NCBI GenBank assembly: GCA_001662655.1
Contig: KV460207.1
Length of the DNA: 64,000 nucleotides
Strand: one strand, 5' to 3'
Source of the DNA: Pseudogymnoascus verrucosus
Taxonomy: Eukaryota
Shown here: in pieces, positions 50,644-63,852 of the stretch
Numbering within the stretch: position 1 is the stretch's first letter
Layout: each line of letters starts with the position of its first letter
Program-made: the position numbers and the translations under genes
Notes under the pieces: generated by a model
What the model saw: the letters and a program-made list of their open reading frames with translations, nothing else
Database searches by the model: none
What the model was told of the DNA's origin: nothing

Positions 50644-53600
50644 GATGAGTTATGCTGATCTATGGCGAGGAATCTGAAAGGTTTCAAACATCAGCGTTGG
50701 CACTGATAAGGTCGCGTATGGCGGGGTATTATTTGTTTCGCGGTGGTGGCGTGTAGGAGCTACCCGCCTTGAAATTCGGAGGCGACACACAAGGAATGTG
50801 AAAATAGTGAAAATAGGAAAACTCAAACATACCTTGCTTGAAGAGGTGATTACCTCGCTGTCCAATTGAACACCACCGTTGTTGTTTGGTGATGTAGGAG
50901 GGGAAGAGTTTCTTATCGGAAAGGTAGAGCTAAATAGCAACAATCGTTATCGTCAGCAAGGCGGAAGGCAAGGCAAGGGACAACAGACAACAGGCACACA
51001 AAGCCATGCGCGGATATGTGTTGTTGAAGGATTGGATAATACTCACAGCAAAGTGATGTCTCTAACAAATCTCGATTGATGAAAGGTGAGTCGTAGGTGA
51101 AGAGTTGTAGGAGTTGTAGAAAGTCCTGGTAATATTTTCCCCACGTAAATTGGAGAAGTTGGCAGTAGTTGTGGTAGTGTCGATTTGGAGATGGTGCGGG
51201 AGAGAGTGGGGGAGAGTAGAAGCTTATCGATTCACGTGATGATGGGGTAGTAGTGTAATGTAGGCGGTAAAGTTCACTGTGAAAGTGAAAGGGAAAGTGA
51301 AATCGTATGATGGGATGGAATGTATCCTAAAAAGCGGGAAGAAGCTGGGGTCTGGAGAAGTTATTATATACGAAATGGGGATTAGAGGGAGAAGCAATAG
51401 TAGATTGAAGAAAGACGATAGGGAGGAGATGCCGTGTACTTTGGACAAGGGTACTTTGGTACGGTATTGGAGGTATAGAAGTATTTGTGGTTTGTTTGTG
51501 GTAGTTAGTAAAAGTAGAGGCGGTAGTTTTGAGTGTAGTTTAGTTTTTAGTTAGTAGTAGTATTATGGGGAGTAGTAAGGGTAGTAGTATGGGTAGTTAG
51601 TATGGGTAGAGTATGGATTTGTATGGGTAGTATGGGTACGAATGGATAGTCGAGGGTAATCGTGGTAGTAGTGACTGGTGACGCGGAGGCGGCGAGAGTG
51701 GAAAGAAGCCAGAAAGGGTAACATCTAGGCAAAGTACAGTCAAGCCAGATGAGCCAGATGAGCCAGACAAGCCAGGCGAGCAAGCCCCCAAGCAAGCCCA
51801 GACCATGGAGACCCAAGCAGACCCAAGCAACACCAAGCGTGTGGTCGTCGATGACCATGACCATGACCACAAAAGAAGGTCACGATGTCACGAAAAAAGT
51901 TACGAAACTTACGAGAGTCACAAGTCACGTCAGAAGAGAAAAAAGTGGGGAAACGAAACGGCGGCGTAGAGACACGGACACGAAGGAGAAGAGAAGAGAA
52001 GAGGAGACCCAGAGAAGAGAGGCCGAAGAAGAGAGAAGGAGCTACTTACAGGGCGTTAAGACAAGTACACGCCGAACGTGCAAGACATACCCCAATACGC
52101 CAATTTCAAGTGAAGTCAGCCGCCCAAAGTTGAGTCTGCCAAGTACCCCACGACACCTGGGGAGGTATCCATTCTGTTCGTTCCCATCGTTACCAATATC
52201 ACCTTCCCCTATTTTTGGGGTAGTAGAAAATACAAAAATACTCCCAAAAGAATCTGATCATCAGGTCAGATGAGGAATTCTACTCTTAGTTTGTGACAAA
52301 AATACGCCAGGGATGATGAGACGACTTTTTCGAGTCCCAATCCAAGCCCCGGTGAGGGACATAAACATAACATAACATAACATAACAAAACAAAAAAAAG
52401 ACCGCGATGGACTGGCTGGCTGTGTATACCACTGTATACCGTACTCATACCTCACCCCTCTGCGCCTCTTCTGCGTCCATACAACCCCATTACTACTTGT
52501 CACCACCCGCGACTACCAGCAACTACCTCCCCTCTACCACCTATTACCGCCCTCCACCACCACTACCGCCACGCTCTAACAATAGAAACTTCCCCAACTG
52601 CCCACATCGCTCCCCCCATCCGGCATAGAAGAGTTGGAGTAAGAAAAAAGTACACGAAGCGACAAGGATGTTGCCAGCGTCTGGGGCGCGTGTCTGTGTG
52701 TGTGTGTGGTGGCCTCGCCCAGACATCGTACCTGGTCGGGTGGCTGGCGGGATTCATGGTGGATGGTGGGGTTGGCCAGACCAGACTGTGGTTGCCACCA
52801 CCACGCACGCATCGCCAAGTCGCATCAACAGTGGCATCAACTATGTGGAGAGTGTGTGGAGGTAGACGTGACATCTCTCCACTGGCGAATATCACGCACG
52901 AAACTAAGTACCAAGAACCACGCCCTCCTTACCAAGAACAACCACCGCCTCACCCCATCGCTGTGTCAACGCGTGGCAGCCGTTAGGTAAGGAAGGGGTG
53001 AAGATGGAAGACCATCGACAGGGATACGGCTATTGAAGGCATACAATTGAGGCCTTTGCAGACTTTTCGCCGCAAGCTGAGGGTCTGGGGCGGAGCGGGG
53101 TGGGGCGGGAATGGAGAGCGATGGGGATGGAGGGAGGTGCGTGACTTGGGGAAATGCGGTAAGGCGCGCGGTAAGAGTACTGTACTGTACACCGTTGCTC
53201 CGGTACTTGCGTGTTATTCGCCCGCGGGGAGATGGGATGGGCTGGTGCTGCGCTCGGCGTGTGTGCTATGACTGAGCGTACGGGATACTGAGTGGCTGAC
53301 TACAGATGACTACGCGTGTACGGTGAGAGGTGAAGGTGAGAGGCGTGCGTGCGTGCGGCGATGAGTGGTGAAGGAATGGCGTCAAGTGAGGTGAGGTTGA
53401 TTGAGAACGAGATGAGTGTAACGGGTATCACCCCAGCCCACTGAGCCCATGACCTGCCCGATCGGTGGGTCGGTCCAGCCAGATGCCCCCCTCCATCCGC
53501 TTCCCCAACCGTCTGGTTCGCTTGTTCTGGGCACGTTGCTCCGTGGGGATAGGGCGGCAGGTGTGTGGTGGTATGTGATGTGATGTGCTGGGTTTACTCA

Positions 53601-55696
53601 CCGTGATGCGAGGTACAGACAGGATCTCACGATGCACGAGAGGCCGAGGGGATGGGGAATTATGGCGACATAGGATGGGGATGCATGGTGGTGAGGTAAG
53701 ATGTTGTTTCTTGTGCAGTGTGTATTACGTATATATGTAACGCGGTATATACGACGTGCTCAGGTACTGACTGACCTTCCTCTCTCGTGTATCGAATTGA
53801 TCTAGACTGATCTGAGCAATATCGATCTCCCAGCACGAATCCGAAACATATATCAGACCGAACTGTACAAATACTATACATAACACACACAAAACATACA
53901 TAAACATACACATAACATTCCTCACCGTCTTTGCCATAACAAAAAATAGACTGACTAATCCCGCCCCTTTTTACCCCACAGTCTGGGCTCATCCGGGGTC
54001 TCTCAAGTCTCATCCCAGCGTCTCATCTCAGTCATCTCAGTCATCTCAGAATCAGCGAAGCGTGACCCGCGCCTCGCTCACCTTATTACTCGTGCTCCCT
54101 CTTGGCCTTGCCTTGCCGCAACTTCCCTGACCCTACACCCGATTAGGGAAGGAGACACCGTGGGAATAACGTAAAATAGAGGAACTGCTGACCTGCTGTT
54201 TGACATTGGTGTTTGATTTGATACGCGGTTTTTTATTTAGATTTTTTAAATTTTCGTTTACTTTATTTACCGCAACCGCAATTGTCTGAGAAGGGAATGT
54301 ACTTCCGGTTAACTCATGTAATATCTCCAGTATAAACGCATATACAAACCCTACTCGTACCATACTACTTAATACCAAGAATATCCCAATCCACCCCTCC
54401 CTACCGCGTACCTTTTTCCCCCAAGCCAAGAGCGATTTCCCTCCTTAGCCCTCTTCTGGAAAAACAAATCGCGCGCCCCGGCCCTCCATCGACGCCAGTA
54501 CGTCCCCGACTCTCCAGCCCCTCCCCCGCTCAAATTTGTCAAACCGCTGCTCCACAGAGTCACGGGACGTCCAAGCCTCCAAGCACTGTCCAAGCAATCC
54601 CCGTTTCTATTACCCCCAGGAAACGCCATAGCGGGAACAACGGATCTCTGTTTTTTTTATTCTTTCCGTTTCGGCCGATCGTTGGGGCCTGCACGGGCCC
54701 GGTACCTGTGCCGTACTGTACTCCGTAAGTTGTATTATCACGGGATGGGAGGAGATGGAGGGATGGCTTTACCGTATTTCTGTACTCTGCCGTTTTACCT
54801 TGGCTCTTCTCCCCCCTCCCCCACCATTTCGCCATTTCGCCATTTCGACGAGAGGGGGATAGGGGACACGTTGGATGCCTCCGAATGAGCCGTCACATAT
54901 ATCAATCACCTCCCCGATCTCTCCCCAACAAACTCTCAAAACCCTCCAATAAACCCCCCAACCCCCAACCAAACCTCTCCTCCTCCCCTTCAACGCCGTG
55001 GTTACCACACCCCGTGACCTGCTTCGCCTCGCTTCGCTTACCAAATCATGCATACCACAGACATTCCACCCCTCAATCCGGCTCCCGATCCGAAGCCTGA
55101 CATCACCTGCTGCTAACGGAGGGGCATTCCGCTTCCGCGCTCTGCGGCAGCGCATATTCACGGTATATATCGCGTCGCGTCGCAACGAAACAAAGCAGCA
55201 TACCATACCCCAGCCACGTCCTTTATCCCCCCTTGAATGATTGCAAGCGATCGGGCTTGTAGTATTGCCGGATTCTAAGCGTGATCGCGCACCAGAATTG
55301 GGCGCGATGCCGCCGAGTTTGGACGCGGTGAGGGCAGAATTGCGGGGCAAGTCTTATCGATTGAGAGGAGGGGTAGGTAGATAGGTGAAAGAGGGTGGGT
55401 TTCTATGTCTGGGGAAGGAACATAAAGTGTGTTTTGAGAGCCACTCTGTCAGTTCGTAGCAATCTCAGCTTCATAACTTTCGATATCCAAAAAGCTCCCA
55501 ATTCTAAAACCCATTCACTCTATCCATCAACTTATCTACTATCCCCAACTATATTCACGCCCCCCCATAAGCGAGACGACTCATACCAATCGCGATATCC
55601 AAACCACCAGCCTCACCACCAGCAGTGCAACCTCACACCCGACTCCGTGCAACCACCCATCCGCCATCCCCGTATAACACAACATAATACTAAACA

Positions 55697-57415
55697 ATGG
55701 CCGAATCCACGCCTACCACCAACGGCCAAGCCACAGCAGCCCATGACAGCAGGGAGTACGCCGAGTACCTGACGGCCCAGGATCCACTCAAGCACCTCCG
55801 CGCTGAGTTCTTCATCCCCTCCAAGGCGGATCTGGCGCGTGAGACGCTGCCGGGGAAGGGTGAGTAGAGGGATTTTTCATCATGTCATGTGCTTTGCGCT
55901 CCCCTTGCTCCTCCATTGGCCTGCCTGCACGAAATTCGTCTTACTCGGACACGGTTCCTCATCTCACTTCACCCCTCTTACTGTAGTATCGCGCTTACTC
56001 ACACACCCACCTAGACCTCACCCCTCCATCACATGACGACGAAAGCGTCTACCTCTGCGGCAACTCCCTCGGCCTCCAACCGCGTCGCGTCTCCCAGCGT
56101 CTCCAGCAATACCTCTCCACCTGGGCCACGCAGGGCGTACAAGGCCATTTCAAGGCCCTGACCGATTCCCCCCTCCCAGCATGGCTGCACGCCGATGATG
56201 CGGCGGCGAAGGCTATGGCGCCGATTGTGGGCGCGGCGCCGGCGGAGATCGCGGTGATGGAGACGTTGACGGCGAATTTACATTTTATTCTTTCGGCGTT
56301 TTATAGGCCGCAGAAGGAGGGGAGACATAAGATTATTATTGAGAGTAAGGCGTTTCCTAGTGACCACGTGAGTACCCCCCCTTACCCCTATTTTATCTTC
56401 CATACTCGAATATACTAACCCGCCCCCTTAGTTCGCGGTGGAATCCCAAATCCGCCATCACAACCTCCACCCCTCCACCTCGATGATCACAATCGATCCC
56501 CCCACCGGCACATCCTTGCTACCAACCTCCCACATCCTCGCCACGATCGATGAACACGCCTCCACCACCGCTGTCCTGCTGCTGCCGGGAATCCAGTTTT
56601 ATACTGGGCAGTTGCTGGATATCAAGACTATCACTGCTTACGCGCAGGCGAAGGGCATTTTCGTGGTCTGGGATCTCGCCCATGCCGTCGGGAATGTACC
56701 ACTGCAGCTGCACGACTGGAACGTCGATGCTGCGGCGTGGTGTACGTACAAATACCTTAACTCCGGCCCTGGAGCAATCGGTGGGATGTTCGTACACGAG
56801 AGAAACAGCCGCGTCACCACCACCACCACCTCTTCAAACGGCGCAACCAACGGCGAAAAGAAGGAGACGGAGGAGAAGGAATTCCACCCCCGTCTCGCAG
56901 GCTGGTGGGGAAGTGATAAGAAAACGCGTTTTGCGATGACAAATGACTTCTCCCCCATCCCCGGCGCGGGCGGTTTCCAAGTCTCCAACCCCAGCACGAA
57001 CGACCTGACGACCGTCTGCGCGAGTCTTGAGGTGTTCAACCTAACCAGCATCGCTGAGCTCCGCAAGAAGAGTTTGGGGCTCACCGCCTACCTCGAAGAT
57101 CGTCTCCTCGCACTGCAAAAGAAATCAGGAGGTTTCAAGATCATCACCCCCTCCAACCCGGAGGAGCGCGGCGCACAACTGAGTGTACAGCTCGAAGAGG
57201 GACTGTTGGAGGGGGTTATGGAGGAGTTGGTCAAGGGAGGGGTGATTGTGGATGAGAGGATGCCGGATGTGATAAGGGTTGCGCCGGCGCCGATTTATAA
57301 TAATGCGGTTGATGTGTGGAGGTTTATGGATGAGTTTGAGAAGGCGTTGGGGAGTGTGAGGGAGGGGAAGGTGGGGGGTGGGGGAGGGGGGGTTGAGAAG
57401 GTCGTTACGAATTGA
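55697..57415 (+). CDS. BNA5: Kynureninase (PLP-dependent), 3 exons
   Basis: DPLKHLRAEF, YLCGNSLGLQP, LTANLH, IESKAFPSDH, WDLAHAVGNVPL, WCTYKYLNSGPG, RLAGWWG, IRVAPAPIYN. Confidence 0.95.
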
Positions 57416-57722
57416 TGGGGAGGGGGGGTTATGGGATTAAGAAGACGTTGCTGTGAGAGAGAGCTTGTGTGCGTGGCTGATATACTTAGACACTGAAGCG
57501 TAGATTTTAGCAGGGTGAAAATATATATCTTTAACAATGCACTCACTCAGGGGCAACGAAACCGTTCCTGTGTCGCGCAAGACATTGACAAAGAGCTTTT
57601 GAATGACAGTCACCCAGACGCAAGGGGTAGTTCACGAAATCCATCATTACTTCGGGTATTCACAGCGCCTATCGTGCCTTCATATCCCCACAGCGTCTAT
57701 AACCCCCCCCCCCCCCCCCAAA

Positions 57723-58895
57723 TCACCCATCAAGAACACAAACCCAACTCGTCGCGCACCCAGCCCCAATAGAAACAATACTACTCCCCTCAGGCAAATG
57801 CTTCGAACTCGCAACCACATTATCCTTAACCCTCACATCCTCCTTCCCCGGCCCACAATTCCCATGCTCCCCCCATCCCCAGGCCAGAACGTCTCCGTCG
57901 CGCGTAAGTGCGAGGGTGTGCTCGCTGCCTACTGCTATCTTGTCTACCGGTGGTAAGTCGGGGGGTGCGCATTGGCCGTGGTCGTTTCGGCCCCATGAGA
58001 GCACGTTTCCGTTGTCTTTTAGGAGAACGATATTTCCCCATCCCGCCCCGACGTCAATCCAGCCCTTGATATCCGCATCAGCAGGGGGTTTAACATCCCA
58101 TTTATCCTTTCCAAGAAACGCGCTCTCCCCTCCCCCCTTAGCACCAAGTAAATACGTAAACTCCCTCCCGCAAACCGCGCGCGTAACAGGGAAAGTAATA
58201 CCCTCTATCTTCCTCGGCTCATGCACCACCTCCGCCAGTTCCCCAAGCTGTCCCTTCCGTCCGTTGCCCCAGCCGTATACGTCCCCGTTGTCGAGGACGG
58301 CGATCACGTGGCCCATACACGCTGCGAGGTCGACGATTTCGGTGTCTGGTGGCGGAAAATTGGGAAGGAGTTCGGGGCGTGGGGAGCGGATGATTAGGGG
58401 TCCTTGTCCGAGCTCCCCTTTTTGGCCCATGCCGAAGGTATATACATCCCGTGCTTTCCCCGCCGCATCGGCAGCGACGACGACGGAGGATTCCCACATC
58501 GCTGCGCAGTGCGTGACTTTCGGGTTAGCTTTAATATCCGCCTCCGCAGATTTAAAAGCGTCCGGTCCCCACAGCTCATCCGAGTCGGGCGGGACCTGTG
58601 CCTCTGCCTCAGCGGAGGCGGAGAACGACAATAACACCGGACTGAAACTCCTCGTCGTAGTAGGCGGCAGAAAATAGCGACCGCGCGCGCCGTGGGTGAT
58701 GGCGCCGGAGCTGAGCAGCATGCCGGTGGGGGTGAGGAGGAGGGTGTGGTTTCCGCCGCCGCGGATGGTCATAGGCCCGCCGGAGGTGGGGGGGAAAGAG
58801 GCGTGGAATTGGGCGTCTTTGGGGACGGAGACGTCTTCTTCGTGGCCTATTCCTAGTTGGCCGGAGCCGTTGGAGCCGATGGCGTAGATGCCCAT
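57723..58895 (-). CDS. ATS1: RCC1-repeat protein, Ats1/Kti13-like
   Basis: MGIYAIGSNGSGQLGIG, GGGNHTL, YGWGNGRKGQLG, SWGRNDHGQ, AVGSEH, WGWGEHGNCG, GAGCATSW. Confidence 0.82.
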   Translation of the reverse strand: MGIYAIGSNGSGQLGIGHEEDVSVPKDAQFHASFPPTSGGPMTIRGGGNHTLLLTPTGMLLSSGAITHGARGRYFLPPTTTRSFSPVLLSFSASAEAEAQVPPDSDELWGPDAFKSAEADIKANPKVTHCAAMWESSVVVAADAAGKARDVYTFGMGQKGELGQGPLIIRSPRPELLPNFPPPDTEIVDLAACMGHVIAVLDNGDVYGWGNGRKGQLGELAEVVHEPRKIEGITFPVTRAVCGREFTYLLGAKGGGESAFLGKDKWDVKPPADADIKGWIDVGAGWGNIVLLKDNGNVLSWGRNDHGQCAPPDLPPVDKIAVGSEHTLALTRDGDVLAWGWGEHGNCGPGKEDVRVKDNVVASSKHLPEGSSIVSIGAGCATSWVCVLDG

Positions 58896-59249
58896 TTTTG
58901 AGGTCGGAAGTTTTCTTTGCTCGCTCACATTAGTATCACTTTTAAGAATTGTGTTTGGTTTGTATGAGAACGTGATGTGGTATGGGTGCCTGCGCCTCGC
59001 ATGCATGGTCCTTATCTTATCGGCATTAGCGCCCTGCGCCACACTTTCGCTTTCACAGACGCCACAACAAACTATCTTTTCTCTCATAGGGTTACGGAAC
59101 CCCGTGGCGTAAGCGAGACCAACAGTACACATAGGAAGTTGCGGCCTCAGATTACTGCTTAGTCACCGGCCCACTGAGACCATTGCTCAGGTTTTCGGCT
59201 TGATCTCGAAAACCTTCACCACCACAACTCCACCTCGACAACCGCAACA

Positions 59250-60291
59250 ATGCCTTCCGACAATCTCTCCACGCCGACCCAGGAGCAGATCCTCGTCCCG
59301 GAGACGCTCCTGAAGAAGCGCAAGTCGCAGGAGAAGGCCCGCGAGGAGCGCTCCGCCGAGCTTGAGAAGAAGAAGAAGGTACGCTCTTGAATTTTTCCAC
59401 ACAAAATATACGAAGCATTTCAGGCATGGTCGGCGATTATATGATGCATAACACCATCTTTGCGACTAGGCACACAGTGTCGATGTTGTCGCCAATTAAC
59501 CATCTTTCGGGTCTGATCTATCGTCGAACCATGCCGTCTGCTTTCGTTGTGCTATTTCGATACTCGGTCTTCGATCACACGTTTGCTAACTCAAGCATCA
59601 TATAGGCCCAGAAGGAGAAGCGCGGCGTCATCTTCAAGCGTGCCGAGAAGTACGTTAAGGAGTACCGCGATGCTGAGCGCGAGAAGATCCGTCTTGCTCG
59701 TCTCTCCAAGCAGGATGGCTCTTACTACGTGCCTGCTGAGGACAAGCTTGTCTTCGTTGTCCGTATCAAGGGGTAAGCAATTGCATCCATCATCTCACGC
59801 GCGAGAACGAGTCCTAACGAAAATTTCACAGTATCAACAAGATTGCACCAAAGCCCCGCAAGATCCTCCAACTCCTCCGTCTTCTCCAGATCAACAACGG
59901 TGTTTTCATCCGCCTGACCAAGGCCACCCTCGAGATGCTCAAGATCGTCGAGCCATGGATCGCCTACGGTTACGCCAACCTCAAGACCGTCCGCGAGCTC
60001 ATCTACAAGCGCGGATACGGAAAGGTCGACAAGCAGCGCATTGCTCTCACCGACAACGCCATCGTCGAGGCCAACCTCGGCAAGTACGGCATCGTCTGCA
60101 TGGAGGATCTCATCCACGAGATCTACACCGTCGGACCCAACTTCAAGCAGGCTTCCAACTTCCTGTGGCCATTCAAGCTCTCCAACCCTACCGGTGGCTT
60201 CCGCACTCGCAAATTCCGCCACTTCGTCGAGGGAGGTGACCTGGGTAACCGCGAGGACAAGATCAACGCTCTCATCAGACAGATGAACTAG
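59250..60291 (+). CDS. RPL7: 60S ribosomal protein L7 (uL30); introns ~59379-59605 and ~59773-59831
   Basis: [86 protein letters not shown]. Confidence 0.98.
59437..59520 (+). ncRNA. Intronic box C/D snoRNA (snR39/snR59/snR39B-related), guide for LSU rRNA around yeast position 805-807
   Basis: C-like box ATGATGC 59441-59447 and D box CTGA 59513-59516. The adjacent ACCATCTTTCGGGT is the exact complement of the conserved LSU sequence ACCCGAAAGAUGGU. Yeast RPL7A/B introns host snR39/snR59. Confidence 0.85.
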
Positions 60292-60707
60292 AAAATATAA
60301 AACAATAGTTCGCTGCATGGTGATGTGTGTGTCAGGAACCGGGATGGGAGTCTTGCTTGCTTCTTAGCTATATTTTAGCATGAATGGCGTAACCACGGCA
60401 ATACTGATCTCGATTCAACTTCAGTATAAAAATGACTTTTTTATGATATCAAATTTTTTAAATTTTCAGCGATGTAGTAGCGTGATTTCCGATTTCCGTC
60501 CCTTTTCTCTCTCTCTCTCTCTTCTCTACCCATGCTTTCTTCGCAAGTTTTTAAATAATACAATTCCGCCCCTCTTTTCACCCCTTCTTCCCGTCCCAGC
60601 TGCTACATAGAGTACACAAGGCCATACCCAACTCCCACCCTTAGAGCTCCCAACTCAGTACCAACTATCCCCCTCTCTTCCCCCACCCCTCTACCCTTCC
60701 CCCCTCC

Positions 60708-61491
60708 TCACATCTTAACATCAAAACTCGTCCCACACCCACAACTACTCGTCGCCAACGGATTATCCGCAATCTTAAACTGGCTCCCAATCAACTCCGT
60801 CGTGAAGTCCACCTTACTCCCCTTCAACAGCTCCAAGCTCGGCCCATCCATCACCACCTTCGCCCCCTGTTCCCCTTCAAACAACGTATCATCCTCATCC
60901 AGCGCAGGCGCGTTCTTGTCATTCGCTACCGCGTCCTCGATCGCCACGGGCTGAGAGGTCGAGGCATCGATCGCGGGGACGTTGGTGAGTGACATTTGGT
61001 ATTGGAAACCGTGGCAGCCGCCGGATTCGACGGTGATGCGGAGGGCGAGGCGGGGGTTTTGGTCGCGGGCTATGATTTGGCTGAGGCGCTGGGTGGGTGT
61101 TAGTATAGTTTCTTGTTCTCCTTTTCTGTGTCGTTTGCAACAGATAGGTTGATTCTGGGCGGAAACTTACATTAGCTGCTCGAGGAGTAATCTCAATGGT
61201 CATATCATTCCCATCGTCATCCTTCCGCGGGTTGTAAATCGCGGTCGCTGCGCGCAGTGCTGACGCCGTGAAGGAGCGCGAACTAGACAGCTTCGAGAGC
61301 GAGCGCGGTGCCTGTCGCGCAATGCTGCGCGGGGCGATGGTAGGTATGCTCGGGAGGAGGAAGTCGAGCATTGGAGGGCCGCCGCGTTGGTGAGCGAGCT
61401 GGAAGAAAGTTCGCGCTGCGGGGGCCGTCGAGGCCGTGGCTGCTGCTGTGCAGCGCCGTAGAGACATTTTCGGTAGGATGTGTGTCGCCAT
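60708..61491 (-). CDS. ISA2: Mitochondrial A-type Fe-S assembly protein Isa2, one intron
   Basis: Presequence-like N-terminus, IEITPRAAN|RL, LRITVESGGCHGFQY, ELIGSQFKI, SSCGCGTSF. Confidence 0.9.
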
Positions 61492-61989
61492 TGTGTGTGC
61501 GGTTATGAGGGAGAGTGGAGAGGCGCGGGTGAGGGTTGGTGAAGGGTCTCGATGATGGGCTGCTTTCGGGTCCCTGGGAGGGAGCTGGAGATGGGTATTA
61601 CTAAGTCGTATCCGAGCTAAAATGCGGGTGTCGGACGAGGCTGTCCGAGATTCGGCAAGGCTGAGGAAATGGTTCGTAATCGAGTTCGTGAGATACGCCC
61701 GTGATAACTGCGAGACCTAACCAGGAGCTGGGAAAACAATTCGATGTGCTTTGGGGGTTGATAGTTTTTACTTTAATTGTAGTTGCTAGAAATGATTTAT
61801 TTGTGCCTTTGGTCAGAATACCCACTACGCTGACAATATAAATTTACAGCCACTGGTTCAATTAATATAGCAATTACGAAATATATTCCCCAAAAATTCA
61901 ACTGTATTTTAATACTTCATTCGTGGTACACGCCAATTGCCCATCTTTTATACTGTCTATACTACCAAATAATTCAGCTCCCCTCCTAA

Positions 61990-63852
61990 CTATAGCTCGT
62001 CCTTAACTGGCTTTCTCTGCTCGCCAGCGCTATCCTCGCAAACAGCAGGTGTACCGACTTCCATCCTGTAAACACACTTCTCCGCCTCGACCACCCGCCA
62101 CACCTCATCCTTCTCTCTACACGCCATAACAACAATGGTGCTTCTCTTCGGCCCATTCCAGCACTGCGCTCCATCCTCAAATACCATCGAGAGTCTCTCT
62201 CCAACCCCGAGACCCCGGCCATCAGCACCAACATCCTCATCAACCTCGACGGTATCAAACCTCCTAAAGGTGCCCAGTTGCGTGCTCCCGCCATTCTTCT
62301 TTGATTTCTGCGTGCTCTTATCCATCCAGCACAACTCGTAGGTGTACTCGCCAGAATCGATGTCGACGCATTTACCCTTGAGGGCGCGGAAGACGTCCTG
62401 TGGCCCGTAGTCGGCTTTGAGGTCGTTCTTCTTGTCCTCGAGCTCCGATCGTCTTGACTCTCCGTCGCTCTTGATGTTGTTGTATGCGTTGCGGGCTTCG
62501 GTAACAGCGCGGGATTCGCTGTCGGCGGGGCCAGTGGTGTCCGCAAGGAGACCATTATCGACAAGAGTGCGGCGGAAGGACCTCACTCTGTCGTGGACCC
62601 AGGTGCGGAGGGATGGGGGAAGATAGGCTTCGAAGCTGTAGACTGTAGAGTAAAAGAATTAGTCTTGCTGTGTCATATTACGTGTGGTAGGCGGTGTCAA
62701 CTTACGAGCTTCAACATCGCTTTCCTCCTCCTCCTTCTCCCACTCTGCCCAGTTGATACCCTGCTCCTCGCTGTCTGGCTTTCCAATCTCCTCTAGGTCC
62801 TTCTCAAACCCGCTAGCATCGAAATCAGAGTTGGTATCCTTCTCGGCCACATAATCCTCCCAAGCCTTGACAGCGCGCTTCACTCCTTCATCGTTGAAGT
62901 TCGGGTTGTACTCCACCTTAAAGGCTTCCAGAATCGATTCAAGCTTTTGAACCTTCGAATTTGCCGCATTCCTCTTCTCAATCAAGCTTGTTAAGCTGTT
63001 CCTCAACTCCTCCACTCTTGCCTTAGCCAACTTGGCCAAAACCGTAACTCTCGACGCCTTCTCACTCGCGCCCTTAATAACCTTGCTTCGCTCCGACCAC
63101 TCGACATCCTCAAGTCGCCGTCTCGCCTCCTCCTCCTTTGTTTGCAGTGTCACGACTTCGCCCTCCAACTGATCAATCCGCTGTTGGATCCCAATTCTGA
63201 GCGTCTCAGCCTGCTTCAGCAGCTCGCCGCGCTTCAGCAGCGAAGCCCTCGCGCTCCTAACGCGCTCATCCTCCTTCTTCCGCCACTCCTTGCCCATTGC
63301 CGCACACCTATCCTCGCACACCACTCCGCCGACACCAGCCCACTCATCGCTACCATCGCAGCAAAGGTCGTAATCGCACACCCCGTCGTTGACGTAGCTG
63401 GATGGGATGTAGCCCGGCTGGTGGCCCTTGTTCTTGCAGTAGTAGCCGGGAAGAGCCAGAGTCGTGTTGCTGGTTCCGCTGGATGTGCCGGGGATGGGCT
63501 GGATGGGCGATAGCGAGGAGAGGTACGTGCAAGCTGATGTGCCTGGCTCGTCTGAACCGTCGGGGCAGTCGCAGTAGTCGTCGTTGACGCTCGAGAAGGG
63601 GATTACGACCGAGGGAGCTGTGATGCAGGCGAATGTGTCCTTGGAGCCCTTGTAATGCTTCGCGACTAGTCGTAGAGATAATGTGTTAGCTTTAATCATG
63701 CCCTGGCGTTCTACTTGGTGTGAGGGCAGGTGGAGGGGGATTGGGGCTCAAGACGTACAATCAGGTCCCACACCACGAGGCCGAGCCGGCTCGGACGCGG
63801 CGATGGAGCTTGCTGCATTGCTGAGCAACAGGAGAGCCGTTAAGTGCCGCAT
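61990..63852 (-). CDS. GTB1: Glucosidase II beta subunit (PRKCSH/Gtb1), 3 exons
   Basis: Signal peptide followed by RPRGVGP, VNDDYCDCPDGSDEPGTSAC, MRH domain (YTYELC, GAQCWNGPKRS, EAEKCVY), C-terminal KDEL. Confidence 0.95.

Noticed and set aside
51749..52273. 174-aa ORF upstream of GDH2
   Set aside because: Built from simple repeats (AGCCAGATG, ATGACC, GAAGA).
55975..56014. Upstream TAG acceptor in kynureninase intron 1
   Set aside because: It gives a 28-nt frameshift and a stop; the downstream acceptor at 56014 restores the frame.
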